From an uncultured Gammaproteobacteria bacterium (GTDB lineage: Bacteria > Patescibacteriota > Microgenomatia > Daviesbacterales > UBA10151): 64,000 nt of DNA. The stretch lies in NCBI GenBank assembly GCA_964446685.1, contig CAYUPO010000001.1:104502-168501 (forward strand). Direction: 5' to 3'. The notes below the pieces were generated by a model, which worked only from the letters and a program-made list of their open reading frames with translations, did not search any database and had not been told where the DNA came from. The translations under genes were made by a program, and so were the position numbers. Shown one piece after another: positions 40,864 to 49,776 of this stretch (positions are counted from its first letter, which is position 1; each line of letters begins with the position of its first letter).

Positions 40864-41301
40864 TTAGGCTGTTAGCCTTTGCCTGACCAACGCACTGACC
40901 CGACTTCCTTCAGCTCCCTGGCCAGCTTTGGCCATTACAGCAGGAATTATTTTGCCCATATCAGCCATGGAAGTGGCACCTAGTTCATTTATAACTTCAT
41001 CAACTAAGGATTGCAACTGGTCATCTGTCAGCTGAGTTGGTAAATAATTTTCCAGGATTTTAGCTTCTGCTTCTTCTTTCTGTGCCTGTTCTTCCCGGTC
41101 CCCTTTTCTAAAAGCTTCAGCTGCTTCCCGGCGCTTTTTTAGCTCTTTTTGCACAACGGAAACTATTGCCTGGTCATTTAGCTCACTACCTGCGACTTCG
41201 GCATATTTTATTTCAGACAAAAGCATCCGCAGAGTTGATACTGCAGTTTCGTCCCGAGCTAACATGGCTGTTTTTAAATCCTGACGTAATTTGTCATTCA
41301 T
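40864..41301 (-). CDS. GatB/YqeY-domain protein
   Basis: 145 aa; YqeY-like N-terminus. Confidence 0.7.
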   Translation of the reverse strand: MNDKLRQDLKTAMLARDETAVSTLRMLLSEIKYAEVAGSELNDQAIVSVVQKELKKRREAAEAFRKGDREEQAQKEEAEAKILENYLPTQLTDDQLQSLVDEVINELGATSMADMGKIIPAVMAKAGQGAEGSRVSALVRQRLTA

Positions 41302-41425
41302 AGTTAAAATTTCTAATCACTAATTGCACTAATTCCTAAATAAATCCAAAATCAGAATGTCTAAAAATTAGGATTTAGAAATTTAGTATTGTTTAGTAAT
41401 TAGAAATTAGTACTTAGACATTGCT
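41302..41425. repeat. AT-rich spacer with inverted TTTCTAAT / ATTAGAAA arms (yqeY-rpsU)
   Basis: read directly. Confidence 0.55.
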
Positions 41426-41629
41426 TTAGCTGGCATCAGCTAAACGTTGTGCTCTTCTGATTTTGCGTCGTCTTTCAGCTAACTGTTCTTTTCTTTTTTC
41501 AGAATTTTTTTTGTGAAACATCAGATCACGATATTCCTGAACCACTTTTTCCGCAATAGATTTTTTCTGAAATTTACGGATAACTGAATCAGTACTATCA
41601 TTTCCTGAAGCTTTAATAATAATTGGCAT
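41426..41629 (-). CDS. rpsU: 30S ribosomal protein S21
   Basis: S21-like RKFQKK..RRRKIRRAQR; start placed at MPIIIK because the ORF-track N-terminal extension (41630-41734) is made of AT-rich inverted repeats. Confidence 0.6.
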   Translation of the reverse strand: MPIIIKASGNDSTDSVIRKFQKKSIAEKVVQEYRDLMFHKKNSEKRKEQLAERRRKIRRAQRLADAS

Positions 41630-41866
41630 AAACTGGGTTAGTAGATCGTTTTTTGTATATCGTGTATCGTTAATCGTATATCGGAAAACAGATTCCTGCT
41701 TTTTCCGATAAACCATACACGATTTACGATTCACTATTACGATTTACTAATAAAAACACCTCCTTTGGTAATTCTAACACGATTATCGCATTAGTTTGAT
41801 CTATTTTACCACAAAAAACCTAATTTGGGGAAACAAAAGCAAAGTCACCGTTTAGACAAATACTTG

Positions 41867-41882
41867 CTGAGCGAAGTCGAAG
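41867..41882. repeat. left IR of GIY-YIG gene 2 (CTGAGCGAAGTCGAAG)
   Basis: perfect RC at 42222-42237; the same 16-mer lies inside the guaA insert. Confidence 0.8.
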
Positions 41883-41928
41883 CATTTCAATATTGCTTTT
41901 TAAATAACTGATCATTATTATCCAGATC

Positions 41929-42198
41929 ATGAGTAGCTGGAAATGGTTTGTGTATATTTTAGAATGTCAGGATGGAAGTTATTACACTGGATTAAGTTAT
42001 AGATATGATCAGCGATATGAACAGCATTTATCTGGATTGGGAGGTAAATACACAGCTAACCATGGAGTTAAAAAATTAGTATATGTTGAGGAATATGATA
42101 ACTTCGAGGAAGCTAAGTTAAGAGAAAACCAGATCCATGGATGGACAAGAAAAAAGAAAGAAAACCTAATAATAGGCAAATGGACAAAATGGCAATAG
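41929..42198 (+). CDS. GIY-YIG nuclease family protein (COG2827/YhbQ-like), second copy
   Basis: 89 aa; WFVYILECQDGSYYTGLS...QH core; bracketed by perfect 16-bp inverted repeat CTGAGCGAAGTCGAAG (41867-41882 / 42222-42237). Confidence 0.7.
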   Translation: MSSWKWFVYILECQDGSYYTGLSYRYDQRYEQHLSGLGGKYTANHGVKKLVYVEEYDNFEEAKLRENQIHGWTRKKKENLIIGKWTKWQ

Positions 42199-42221
42199 GG
42201 TTTTAGCCCAGTAATGAATTC

Positions 42222-42237
42222 CTTCGACTTCGCTCAG
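42222..42237. repeat. right IR of GIY-YIG gene 2 (CTTCGACTTCGCTCAG)
   Basis: perfect RC of 41867-41882. Confidence 0.8.
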
Positions 42238-42258
42238 GAAATATTAAATAAAATTGAA

Positions 42259-43257
42259 TTATTTAACGATAGTTTTGAGAAGATTGAGGGTTTTTGTTTG
42301 TCTTAAGGCGTGTCTTAAATGCATTCTTGGTTCCTGTGACTGGAATTGGGATTTGACTCTGGCGTCCTGGATCTTGTCTATTTCTGCCTGGAGCTCTTCA
42401 TCAGTAATATTTACATTTTCCATTCGAGCGATTTCGGAGAGACCAAGCTCCATTCGAACATTTCTTTCCGCCTGTGGACGCCATTCTGTTTTGATTTGTT
42501 CAGCAGTTTTATTTTGAGTTTTTAAGTATTCTTCAAGCAACATCCCTCTGTCAGAAACATTTCTTTGCAGAGAAAGCATCATTCTGTTTAATTCGTCCTG
42601 AATTAACACTTCTGGGATATCAACATTGGTGACTTTTTCAACTTCCTGCAGAATTGATTCTTCATAATCCAGTTCATTGTTGTATTTAGATTCACTTTCT
42701 AAATCAGTTTTAATTTTAGTTTTAAGATCAGCCAGACTTTCTGCTCCAACACCTTTGGCAAACACATCATCCATAGTTGCCTGAGCATTTTCGGCGTTGC
42801 GGGATTTCCAGCGGTTAAATAAATCATCGATTACTTTTTGAACTTCTTCATCAGTCACCTGTTTAGCAAGTGGTCTTTTAGCGTTTAAAATTTTGTAGTT
42901 ACCTATTTTAACTGTTGGTCTTTCAGTTACCTTAGCGGTAAATACTAACTGAGATCCTTTAGTAAATGAAATAACATTGTATTGTGGATAATCAATTGGT
43001 ACTACATTTGATCCCTGTAACGCTTCGATCAGAGCCTGAGGCATCACTATTTTGAAAACTTCCTGCTGCAGAGAGTTAGCAATTCTTGGCTCAACCATAT
43101 TAGCTGGAGCCTGACCTTTGCGGAAACCGGCAACCTCAACTTCTGAAGCTAACTTGTTATACATATCGTTCCAACGAGCCTCAATATCTGCCCATGGCAC
43201 GGTAATTGTCACTTCGACCTGGGCTTTTGGTAATTTGTTGATTGTTTTAGTCACCAT
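42259..43257 (-). CDS. tig: trigger factor, short form (ribosome-binding and C-terminal arm domains; no recognisable PPIase domain)
   Basis: 332 aa; N-terminal GFRKGQAP ribosome-binding signature. Confidence 0.7.
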   Translation of the reverse strand: MVTKTINKLPKAQVEVTITVPWADIEARWNDMYNKLASEVEVAGFRKGQAPANMVEPRIANSLQQEVFKIVMPQALIEALQGSNVVPIDYPQYNVISFTKGSQLVFTAKVTERPTVKIGNYKILNAKRPLAKQVTDEEVQKVIDDLFNRWKSRNAENAQATMDDVFAKGVGAESLADLKTKIKTDLESESKYNNELDYEESILQEVEKVTNVDIPEVLIQDELNRMMLSLQRNVSDRGMLLEEYLKTQNKTAEQIKTEWRPQAERNVRMELGLSEIARMENVNITDEELQAEIDKIQDARVKSQFQSQEPRMHLRHALRQTKTLNLLKTIVK

Positions 43258-43298
43258 AACTTCGTAAGTTTAGCAGAGCTTGAAGCTAAAATCAACGT

Positions 43299-43634
43299 TC
43301 AGCTATTAAATCTCTCAGCTTGTAAATCGATAATATCTTCAATAGCTCTTTCCCTCAGTTCGCCATCCTTATGAGCTCCACGAAATAAACCCTGATCTCT
43401 TTTAATCTCATCAGATGTTTGGGTTGCAAAATGATATGTTAAGGGCGCATCGAAACCAAGTGAAGGCAAACGCATTATTTTGCTTACTGCCGGTGGATGA
43501 TATTCAGGCGGATTCAGTTCTAATAGATCAAGTAATTTGATGGAATTTTTGTAACCAAAGGCCCAGACAGCTACTCTGATCAGTTTTGAAGGGGCTTCAA
43601 TATGATTAGAGGTGGTTTCTTTGCGTTGAGACAT
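43299..43634 (-). CDS. hypothetical protein
   Basis: 111 aa; weak, unconvincing resemblance to S10/NusE fold. Confidence 0.3.
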   Translation of the reverse strand: MSQRKETTSNHIEAPSKLIRVAVWAFGYKNSIKLLDLLELNPPEYHPPAVSKIMRLPSLGFDAPLTYHFATQTSDEIKRDQGLFRGAHKDGELRERAIEDIIDLQAERFNS

Positions 43635-43664
43635 GCGGCTTATAGTAGCAACTTAGGGAGATTT

Positions 43665-44915
43665 TTACAAGCTTAGGTTACTCATAACTTCATTAAGCGG
43701 CATAATAATAAAATCTTTATCGCCTCTTTTTTTAAACTCAATCTTGTCCCCTGTTTTTCTGGAGATAACCAGCCTGTAAGGAATGCCAATGAGATCATAA
43801 TCAGCAAATTTAGCACCGGCTGTGATATCTTCTCGGTCATCATAAATTACTTCCACTCCTTTATCTAATAATGTCTGATAGGTCTCTTCTGCTTGTTTTT
43901 TGACTTCTGTGTCATTTAAATCCAGTCCAATAAGATGCACTTGAAAAGGAGCTACTGCTTCGGGCCAGATAATTCCTCTGTCATCATGAAAAACCTCAAC
44001 TAAAGTACCCATCACTCTGGTTGGACCAATACCGTATGATGCAAACCAGATTGGTTTGTTTTCACCGTTTTCATCTTTAAAGAACACTTTCATTTTTTCG
44101 GAATATCGGGTGCCTAAAGGGAAAATATTACCCACTTCAGTCGCTTTCATCTCCTCGATATCTCCTTTTCCGCACTGACATTTATCTCCAGTCTGACCTT
44201 CAAAGACCTCTTTATTCTGGGCAAAATCACATTCTTTGCAGAAATAAATAATATCCTCTCCGGCTGGGTTTTCAACCTGAAATTCATGGGTGTGCTTATC
44301 GGTAAAGACTCCCCCGCTGGCTTCAGCTACCATCACTTTAAAGCCAATTCTTTCAAATATTCTGACATAAGCCTGCTTCACTTTTTCATAATACTCAAGC
44401 ATGTTTTCTTCCGAAACATGGGCACTATAGAGATCTTTCATTAAAAATTCCCGGCCCCGCATAATGCCGGATTTTGCCCGTAGCTCGTTTCGGAATTTGG
44501 TTGAGAACTGATAAACTTTAACCGGCAGATCTTTGTATGACTCGATCGTTTTTCCCAGCAGATTCATGACGATTTCTTCATGAGTAAATGACAGACAAAA
44601 CTCGCGGTCATGAATATCTTTAAACTGATACATGATCTCTTTGACATCCGGATCTGACCATCTGCCTGTCTGATCCCAGATTTCCCGAGGATGAAGTAAT
44701 GGCATCGCCATCTCCGCTGCATCAGTTTTATTGAGCTCTTCCCGGATAATGTTATTAATTTTAGTTACTACTCTTAGTCCAAGCGGCAGAAGCGTCCAGG
44801 AACCTGCCATTAACTGGTCCATAAAGCCTCCCCTGACCAGAAGCTGATGATTTACAGCCGTGGCATCAGCTGGTGGTACTTTAAGTGTTTTTGGGAAATG
44901 TTTACTAAACCTCAT
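43665..44915 (-). CDS. proS: proline--tRNA ligase, bacterial-type without INS editing domain
   Basis: 416 aa; class II motifs, N-terminus MRFSKHFPKTLK like bacterial ProS. Confidence 0.85.
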   Translation of the reverse strand: MRFSKHFPKTLKVPPADATAVNHQLLVRGGFMDQLMAGSWTLLPLGLRVVTKINNIIREELNKTDAAEMAMPLLHPREIWDQTGRWSDPDVKEIMYQFKDIHDREFCLSFTHEEIVMNLLGKTIESYKDLPVKVYQFSTKFRNELRAKSGIMRGREFLMKDLYSAHVSEENMLEYYEKVKQAYVRIFERIGFKVMVAEASGGVFTDKHTHEFQVENPAGEDIIYFCKECDFAQNKEVFEGQTGDKCQCGKGDIEEMKATEVGNIFPLGTRYSEKMKVFFKDENGENKPIWFASYGIGPTRVMGTLVEVFHDDRGIIWPEAVAPFQVHLIGLDLNDTEVKKQAEETYQTLLDKGVEVIYDDREDITAGAKFADYDLIGIPYRLVISRKTGDKIEFKKRGDKDFIIMPLNEVMSNLSL

Positions 44916-44971
44916 AAGTGGGAATATTGTACCTATCTGATCTGTTTAACTCAAGTGATAATAAAGATTGA

Positions 44972-45595
44972 TTATTTTTGAATTAAATTGGCTAATTCAT
45001 CAGCGGTGTTTTCCAGTACTGTAATATTTGTAATAATCAGACTATCCGGAACCGGATCTTTTTCATTTATTCCTTTGGTAGTTATTACCTGACGTTTTGA
45101 TACCAACCTGCCCTGTTCACCCTGAAAAGAGTCAATTGTAAATGTTTTCATTGAAGACGCGCGGTCTATCCCCAATAAATCCTTTTGAGTGTCAGACTTA
45201 TATATAAAACTTTGCCTGGCATTAGCCAAAAACGTCTGGTAGTTTGAAAAGTAACTAACTCTGGTATCAACATCAGGAATTGACTGGATATCAAACAGAG
45301 TTTTTTTGGTTAGTGCTAAAAAAATAGCCGCTGTCTCTGTAGCATCTTTATCACTATCAATAAGTCCTAGTACTTCCTGGTATCTGCGCTGAGACAAAAG
45401 AAAGGAAAAATAAGCATGTGTTGCAGGGGTAATCCCAGATAACTTTTCAATAATCAATTCAGTTTTTTGTTTAACCGGGTAGTTCCATTGTCCGGGTACC
45501 AAACCCACTGTTGCAGCATACAGACCAAATAAAGGAAGTAATAAAACAGCTAATACTATTACTAAAATGCCACTGATTTTGAGGATTTTTTTCAT
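44972..45595 (-). CDS. hypothetical membrane-anchored protein
   Basis: 207 aa; N-terminal TM. Confidence 0.4.
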   Translation of the reverse strand: MKKILKISGILVIVLAVLLLPLFGLYAATVGLVPGQWNYPVKQKTELIIEKLSGITPATHAYFSFLLSQRRYQEVLGLIDSDKDATETAAIFLALTKKTLFDIQSIPDVDTRVSYFSNYQTFLANARQSFIYKSDTQKDLLGIDRASSMKTFTIDSFQGEQGRLVSKRQVITTKGINEKDPVPDSLIITNITVLENTADELANLIQK

Positions 45596-45641
45596 ATACT
45601 CAGTATGAAGATTATGTAAGGGATTGGCAAGATTAGTTAAA

Positions 45642-46745
45642 TTAGAAAAATTTACTGATATCAGAAAAAGTTATTAAAAGCAGCAGTCCGAGCAAACAAA
45701 CCATACCAACAGCATGAATCACTCTTTCAATCTCAGCGTTAGCCTTGCGTCCAGTAAGCGCTTCCCACAAAAGAAAGAACAGCCTGCCCCCATCGAGCGC
45801 CGGAATTGGCAGTACATTGAAAAATGCCAGAGATAAAGAAATATTAGCCACAAACCAGATGTAAAACAGGAAAGCATCTTTGCCCTGATCAACTATACTT
45901 TTAGTGATTGAAACCAAACCAACAGGCCCGGCAACGCTTTTGGAAGCTTGGGAAACATTTCCCTGAGATAAATCACCAAAAACCCGGCCCAACCCCATGA
46001 TATTCACTCTGGTAACATCCCAAGAATAAGTGATTCCTGAAAAGATTCTTTCAGTGGGAGTCTTATATTCTTTAAAAGGGATCGGATTAAATACTACCCC
46101 AATTCTAAAAACACCATCTTCTGATTTTTTAGCTATCATTGTCAGGTTTCGGGTATTTTTGCCTTCCATATCTCCGACAACTAAACCTAATTCTGCATTT
46201 TCTCCTCTGGATTTGATCTCATTAATAACATCATCCGTTGTCTGGACTTGTTTGCCGTCAATAGATAATATTCGGTCACCAGCTTTTACTCCTGCAGCAG
46301 CGGCCGGAAAATCAGGCTCGACTTCTGCCACCATTGCTACGGGCTCTAAAACCGGATAAATTACTTTCCATCCCTGAGCAATAATCACTGCGTAAAACAA
46401 AATCCAGGCTAACACCAGATTCATGGCGACACCTGCAACAACAACTAAAATCCGTTTCCAGACATTTTGGGAAGCAAAAGATCTTTTGTCATCCAATACT
46501 TTTTTATCCACTTCATCTTCACCCAACAGTCTGACAAATCCGCCAAAAGGCAGCCAGTTGACTGACCAGATGGTCTCTCCAATTTTTTTACCCCAAGCCC
46601 GGGGTGGAATCCCAAAACCAAATTCCAGCACTTTTATACCAAACTTTTTGGCAGCAAAAAAATGTCCAAATTCGTGAATAACAACTAAAGTGATGATAGT
46701 AACAAGAAAGATTAGGATCGTAGGTATCAATTCAAGTAATGCCAT
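45642..46745 (-). CDS. rseP: RIP zinc metalloprotease RseP (site-2 protease)
   Basis: 367 aa; HEFGHF zinc motif, PDZ, LDGG motif. Confidence 0.85.
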   Translation of the reverse strand: MALLELIPTILIFLVTIITLVVIHEFGHFFAAKKFGIKVLEFGFGIPPRAWGKKIGETIWSVNWLPFGGFVRLLGEDEVDKKVLDDKRSFASQNVWKRILVVVAGVAMNLVLAWILFYAVIIAQGWKVIYPVLEPVAMVAEVEPDFPAAAAGVKAGDRILSIDGKQVQTTDDVINEIKSRGENAELGLVVGDMEGKNTRNLTMIAKKSEDGVFRIGVVFNPIPFKEYKTPTERIFSGITYSWDVTRVNIMGLGRVFGDLSQGNVSQASKSVAGPVGLVSITKSIVDQGKDAFLFYIWFVANISLSLAFFNVLPIPALDGGRLFFLLWEALTGRKANAEIERVIHAVGMVCLLGLLLLITFSDISKFF

Positions 46746-46889
46746 TTTGAAGCTTAAGAATAATGCAATTGAACCGAAGAATCAATAGAAGGTATCAGAT
46801 TAGAATATCAAATATCCAATGCCAAATATCAAATATCCAAACTTAGTATTGGTATTTATTTGATATTGGATATTAGATATTGGATATTT
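46746..46889. repeat. AT-rich spacer with inverted CAAATATCAAATATCCAA / TTGGATATTAGATATTGG arms (rseP-frr)
   Basis: read directly. Confidence 0.6.
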
Positions 46890-47444
46890 CTAAATCTCTC
46901 TCAAATCAGCCTGTTTATCTTTGACCATTCCATCAACTACTGCGTTGGCTTTGTCTACCTGTTCCTGAAGCACTTTTTCTCGGCGGAAAAGTTCGTCTTC
47001 ACCGATTGCTCCGGATTCTTTTTGTTTGAGCCAATCCTCTTTTTGTTCCTGTCTGGCCTGGCGGATTGATACTTTGGTCTCTTCCCCTTTGGTTTGGGCA
47101 TATTTGACGAATTCTTCCCTTCTTTCAGCAGTTAAAGGGGGGATTGGCAGTCTGATGAGTGTTCCATCAACAGCCGGATTTAAGCCCAGTTTTGACTCAG
47201 TAATAGCTTTTTCAACATTTCTGACAACTGTTGCATCCCAGAGCTGAACAGTAAGCAGTGAAGGCTGGGGAGCCATTATTGTTCCCATCTCCATCAGTTT
47301 CATTTTACTGCCATAAGCTTCTACCATCAGCTCTTCAATAATTGCCGGATTAGCTCTGCCGGCACGGATGGCTGCCAGTTCATGTTTAAGGTGATCAAGT
47401 GAATTTTGGATTTTTTGATTTACTTCTGATAAAAAAGGATCCAT
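46890..47444 (-). CDS. frr: ribosome recycling factor
   Basis: RRF family; start moved to MDPFLSE because the upstream part of the ORF is the palindromic element at 47453-47479. Confidence 0.85.
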   Translation of the reverse strand: MDPFLSEVNQKIQNSLDHLKHELAAIRAGRANPAIIEELMVEAYGSKMKLMEMGTIMAPQPSLLTVQLWDATVVRNVEKAITESKLGLNPAVDGTLIRLPIPPLTAERREEFVKYAQTKGEETKVSIRQARQEQKEDWLKQKESGAIGEDELFRREKVLQEQVDKANAVVDGMVKDKQADLREI

Positions 47445-47452
47445 GTTGTTTA

Positions 47453-47479
47453 CAGATTCCTGCTTTCGCAGGAATGACG
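47453..47479. repeat. palindromic element CAGATTCCTGCTTTCGCAGGAATGACG between tsf and frr
   Basis: same hairpin type as 35590-35616 and 51427-51450. Confidence 0.7.
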
Positions 47480-47495
47480 ATTGCAAAGGTTCAAA

Positions 47496-47951
47496 TTATG
47501 AGCCTAAGGCAATTCTTGAGAAAGATTTTACCTGGATATTTTCGCCTAATTTAGCGATGGTTGTTTTGATTAAGGTTTCAATTGTCAGACTGGTATCTTT
47601 AATATATTCCTGATCCATCAGCTCTGCTGGATCTGCAGGATTCATTGATGCAATTTGGAGAGCTAAATCATGAGCTAAAGCTTTGAATTCTTCAGTTTTG
47701 GCTACGAAATCAGTTTCACATTTTAACTGAACCAAAACGCCGATTTTACCGTTGTGGGAATAAGCTTCAACAATTCCGGCACCTGTTTCTCTATCAGATT
47801 TGCCACCAGCTTTGTCTAAACCTTTTTTATGGAGAACTTTTTTGGCTTCTTCGAGATTGCCTTTAGTTTCTTCCAGAGCAGTACGGCAGTCAGCAATTCC
47901 TGCACCTGTTTCTTCTCTGAGTTGTTTAATTAGAGTTATATCAATAGCCAT
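47496..47951 (-). CDS. tsf: elongation factor Ts, minimal form
   Basis: 151 aa; UBA-like N-terminus and CETDFVA core. Confidence 0.8.
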   Translation of the reverse strand: MAIDITLIKQLREETGAGIADCRTALEETKGNLEEAKKVLHKKGLDKAGGKSDRETGAGIVEAYSHNGKIGVLVQLKCETDFVAKTEEFKALAHDLALQIASMNPADPAELMDQEYIKDTSLTIETLIKTTIAKLGENIQVKSFSRIALGS

Positions 47952-47956
47952 TGGAC

Positions 47957-48805
47957 TTATTTTACTTTACTGGATGATTCTGTGACAACTTCTTTTTCAA
48001 CCATCTCTTCTAAAGCAGCGGCTTCTTCAGCTACGGATTCAGAGATCTCATTTTCAGCTATGTCTTTAGATTCTTTTGGTTCTTCGGTCACTTTTTTCTC
48101 GCCTGTTTTGATACCACTTTCTTTTTTACCTTCAATGTAAGCATTAATGACTGTTTCACAGATCAGTTTAATCGACTTAATACCGTCATCGTTTGCCGGA
48201 ATCGGATAATCAAAAGTCATTGGATCAGCATTGGTATCTGAGATACCTAATACTTTAACACCAGTTTCTCCGGCTTCTTTAACAGCTATTTTGTCAGATA
48301 CTCCATCAACTACAAAAATTGCGTCAGGCAGCTTGGTCATATCAGCTACTCCACCTAATTCATAATCAAATTTATTAACTTTGCGAGCCATAAACAGCTG
48401 TTCTCTTTTGGTGTATTGAGTCAGTTGGTTTTTTTGCTGTCTTTCTTTGAGGTCAAGCAGTTTTTTGATATTTTTGCGGATTTCTTCGAAGTTAGTAAAA
48501 AGACCTTTAACCCATTTCTGAACCAGGTAATAAGTATCAGCTTCTTTAGCCAGATCCCGGATCAGCTCCTGAGCCTGTTTTTTAGTTCCTATCAAAAGCA
48601 TGATTTTGCCATCTTTTCCGAGCTGATAAGCTTTTTCTGTAGCTTCTTTGAGTAGTTCTTCAGTTTTGGCTAAATCAACTATCTGAACGCCATCACGAGC
48701 GCCGTAAACATATCTTTTCATTCGAGGATTGCCACGAGAAACTTTGTGCCCAAAATGAGCGCCTGCTTCAAGTAAATCCTGCATTGATGGTACTTTTGTT
48801 TTCAT
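47957..48805 (-). CDS. rpsB: 30S ribosomal protein S2 with acidic C-terminal tail
   Basis: 282 aa; LLEAGAHFGH signature. Confidence 0.9.
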   Translation of the reverse strand: MKTKVPSMQDLLEAGAHFGHKVSRGNPRMKRYVYGARDGVQIVDLAKTEELLKEATEKAYQLGKDGKIMLLIGTKKQAQELIRDLAKEADTYYLVQKWVKGLFTNFEEIRKNIKKLLDLKERQQKNQLTQYTKREQLFMARKVNKFDYELGGVADMTKLPDAIFVVDGVSDKIAVKEAGETGVKVLGISDTNADPMTFDYPIPANDDGIKSIKLICETVINAYIEGKKESGIKTGEKKVTEEPKESKDIAENEISESVAEEAAALEEMVEKEVVTESSSKVK

Positions 48806-48935
48806 CTCTTTTAACTCACACGGAAAAATCTAACACGTTTCCTGTAACTTCTCTAGTAGCGGAATAGTTAGGAAACATATCTACTAGATGTGTGATAAAA
48901 AGGATTGTAAAAGATATAGGCTCAAAAGTCAACGG

Positions 48936-49190
48936 TTAATTAGCTTTGCGGCGATAATTAGTAGTCGGATTATTAATTGGTCTCTGTCTGGCCATTCCCC
49001 GAAGACCTCTTCCTGTAAAAAGGTCATCTTTCATGCGTCTAGGGTTGAAAACAACTTGAGCTTTACTTCGAGGAACATTCTCACCATTTGTTACAAAATA
49101 GGCTATAACAGACATCATTGCTTCAATTGCTTGTCCATTGCCAAGTCCCAGACCATCAAGGGCAACAAATTCAGGAGCTTTTTTACTCAT
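48936..49190 (-). CDS. hypothetical small protein
   Basis: 84 aa; between rpsB and folA. Confidence 0.3.
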   Translation of the reverse strand: MSKKAPEFVALDGLGLGNGQAIEAMMSVIAYFVTNGENVPRSKAQVVFNPRRMKDDLFTGRGLRGMARQRPINNPTTNYRRKAN

Positions 49191-49235
49191 GCGAATATTT
49201 ATATAACTCTAAAAAAGATTTGTCAATTGCTGAGC

Positions 49236-49775
49236 TTACTCAAGAATTTGGGTTTTGTAGTGTATTCCCTGTTCTTCAAAACTTTTTTCTTCTATTATTT
49301 TTTCAAATGCTGAATAATCCGGAAAATAGGTATCGCCTGAATATTCTCCTTCCACTATAGTCAGATACAGCCTGTCTGCTAAAGGTAGTGCCTGCTCATA
49401 AATCTGGCCTCCACCAATTATAAAGATCTCATTTGAATAAGTATCTTTTTTTGAGGTATCAAACGTATCAGATGTTGCGTTGGCTTTTGGTACTTTTGAT
49501 ACTTCTGATGCTTTTTCTGCCTCCTCTATCGCTTTATCTAATGAATTTACGACTATTGCTCCATCAACTTTATAATCTGGATCTCGGGTGATAATAATAT
49601 TGATTCTGTTTGGCAATACGCGGCCAATTGATTCATGTGTTTTTCTGCCCATGATAATCGGATGGCCAGATGTAATTTCTTTAAATCTTTTCAGTTCACC
49701 TGGGATATTCCAGAGAAGCTTATTTTGACCGCCAATCAGACGGTTTTTATCCATTGCTACAATTAGGGAAATCAT
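49236..49775 (-). CDS. folA: dihydrofolate reductase
   Basis: 179 aa; ISLIVAMDKNRLIG..LPW-like N-terminus. Confidence 0.8.
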   Translation of the reverse strand: MISLIVAMDKNRLIGGQNKLLWNIPGELKRFKEITSGHPIIMGRKTHESIGRVLPNRINIIITRDPDYKVDGAIVVNSLDKAIEEAEKASEVSKVPKANATSDTFDTSKKDTYSNEIFIIGGGQIYEQALPLADRLYLTIVEGEYSGDTYFPDYSAFEKIIEEKSFEEQGIHYKTQILE

Positions 49776-49776
49776 A

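Noticed and set aside
43299-43634. Possible ribosomal protein S10 (weak motif resemblance)
   Set aside because: Similarity is confined to a few residues. S10 is highly conserved and normally sits in the S10 operon. Left as hypothetical.
48936-49190. Possible small ribosomal protein between rpsB and folA
   Set aside because: Could not match it to S16, S9, L28 or any r-protein signature. Left as hypothetical.
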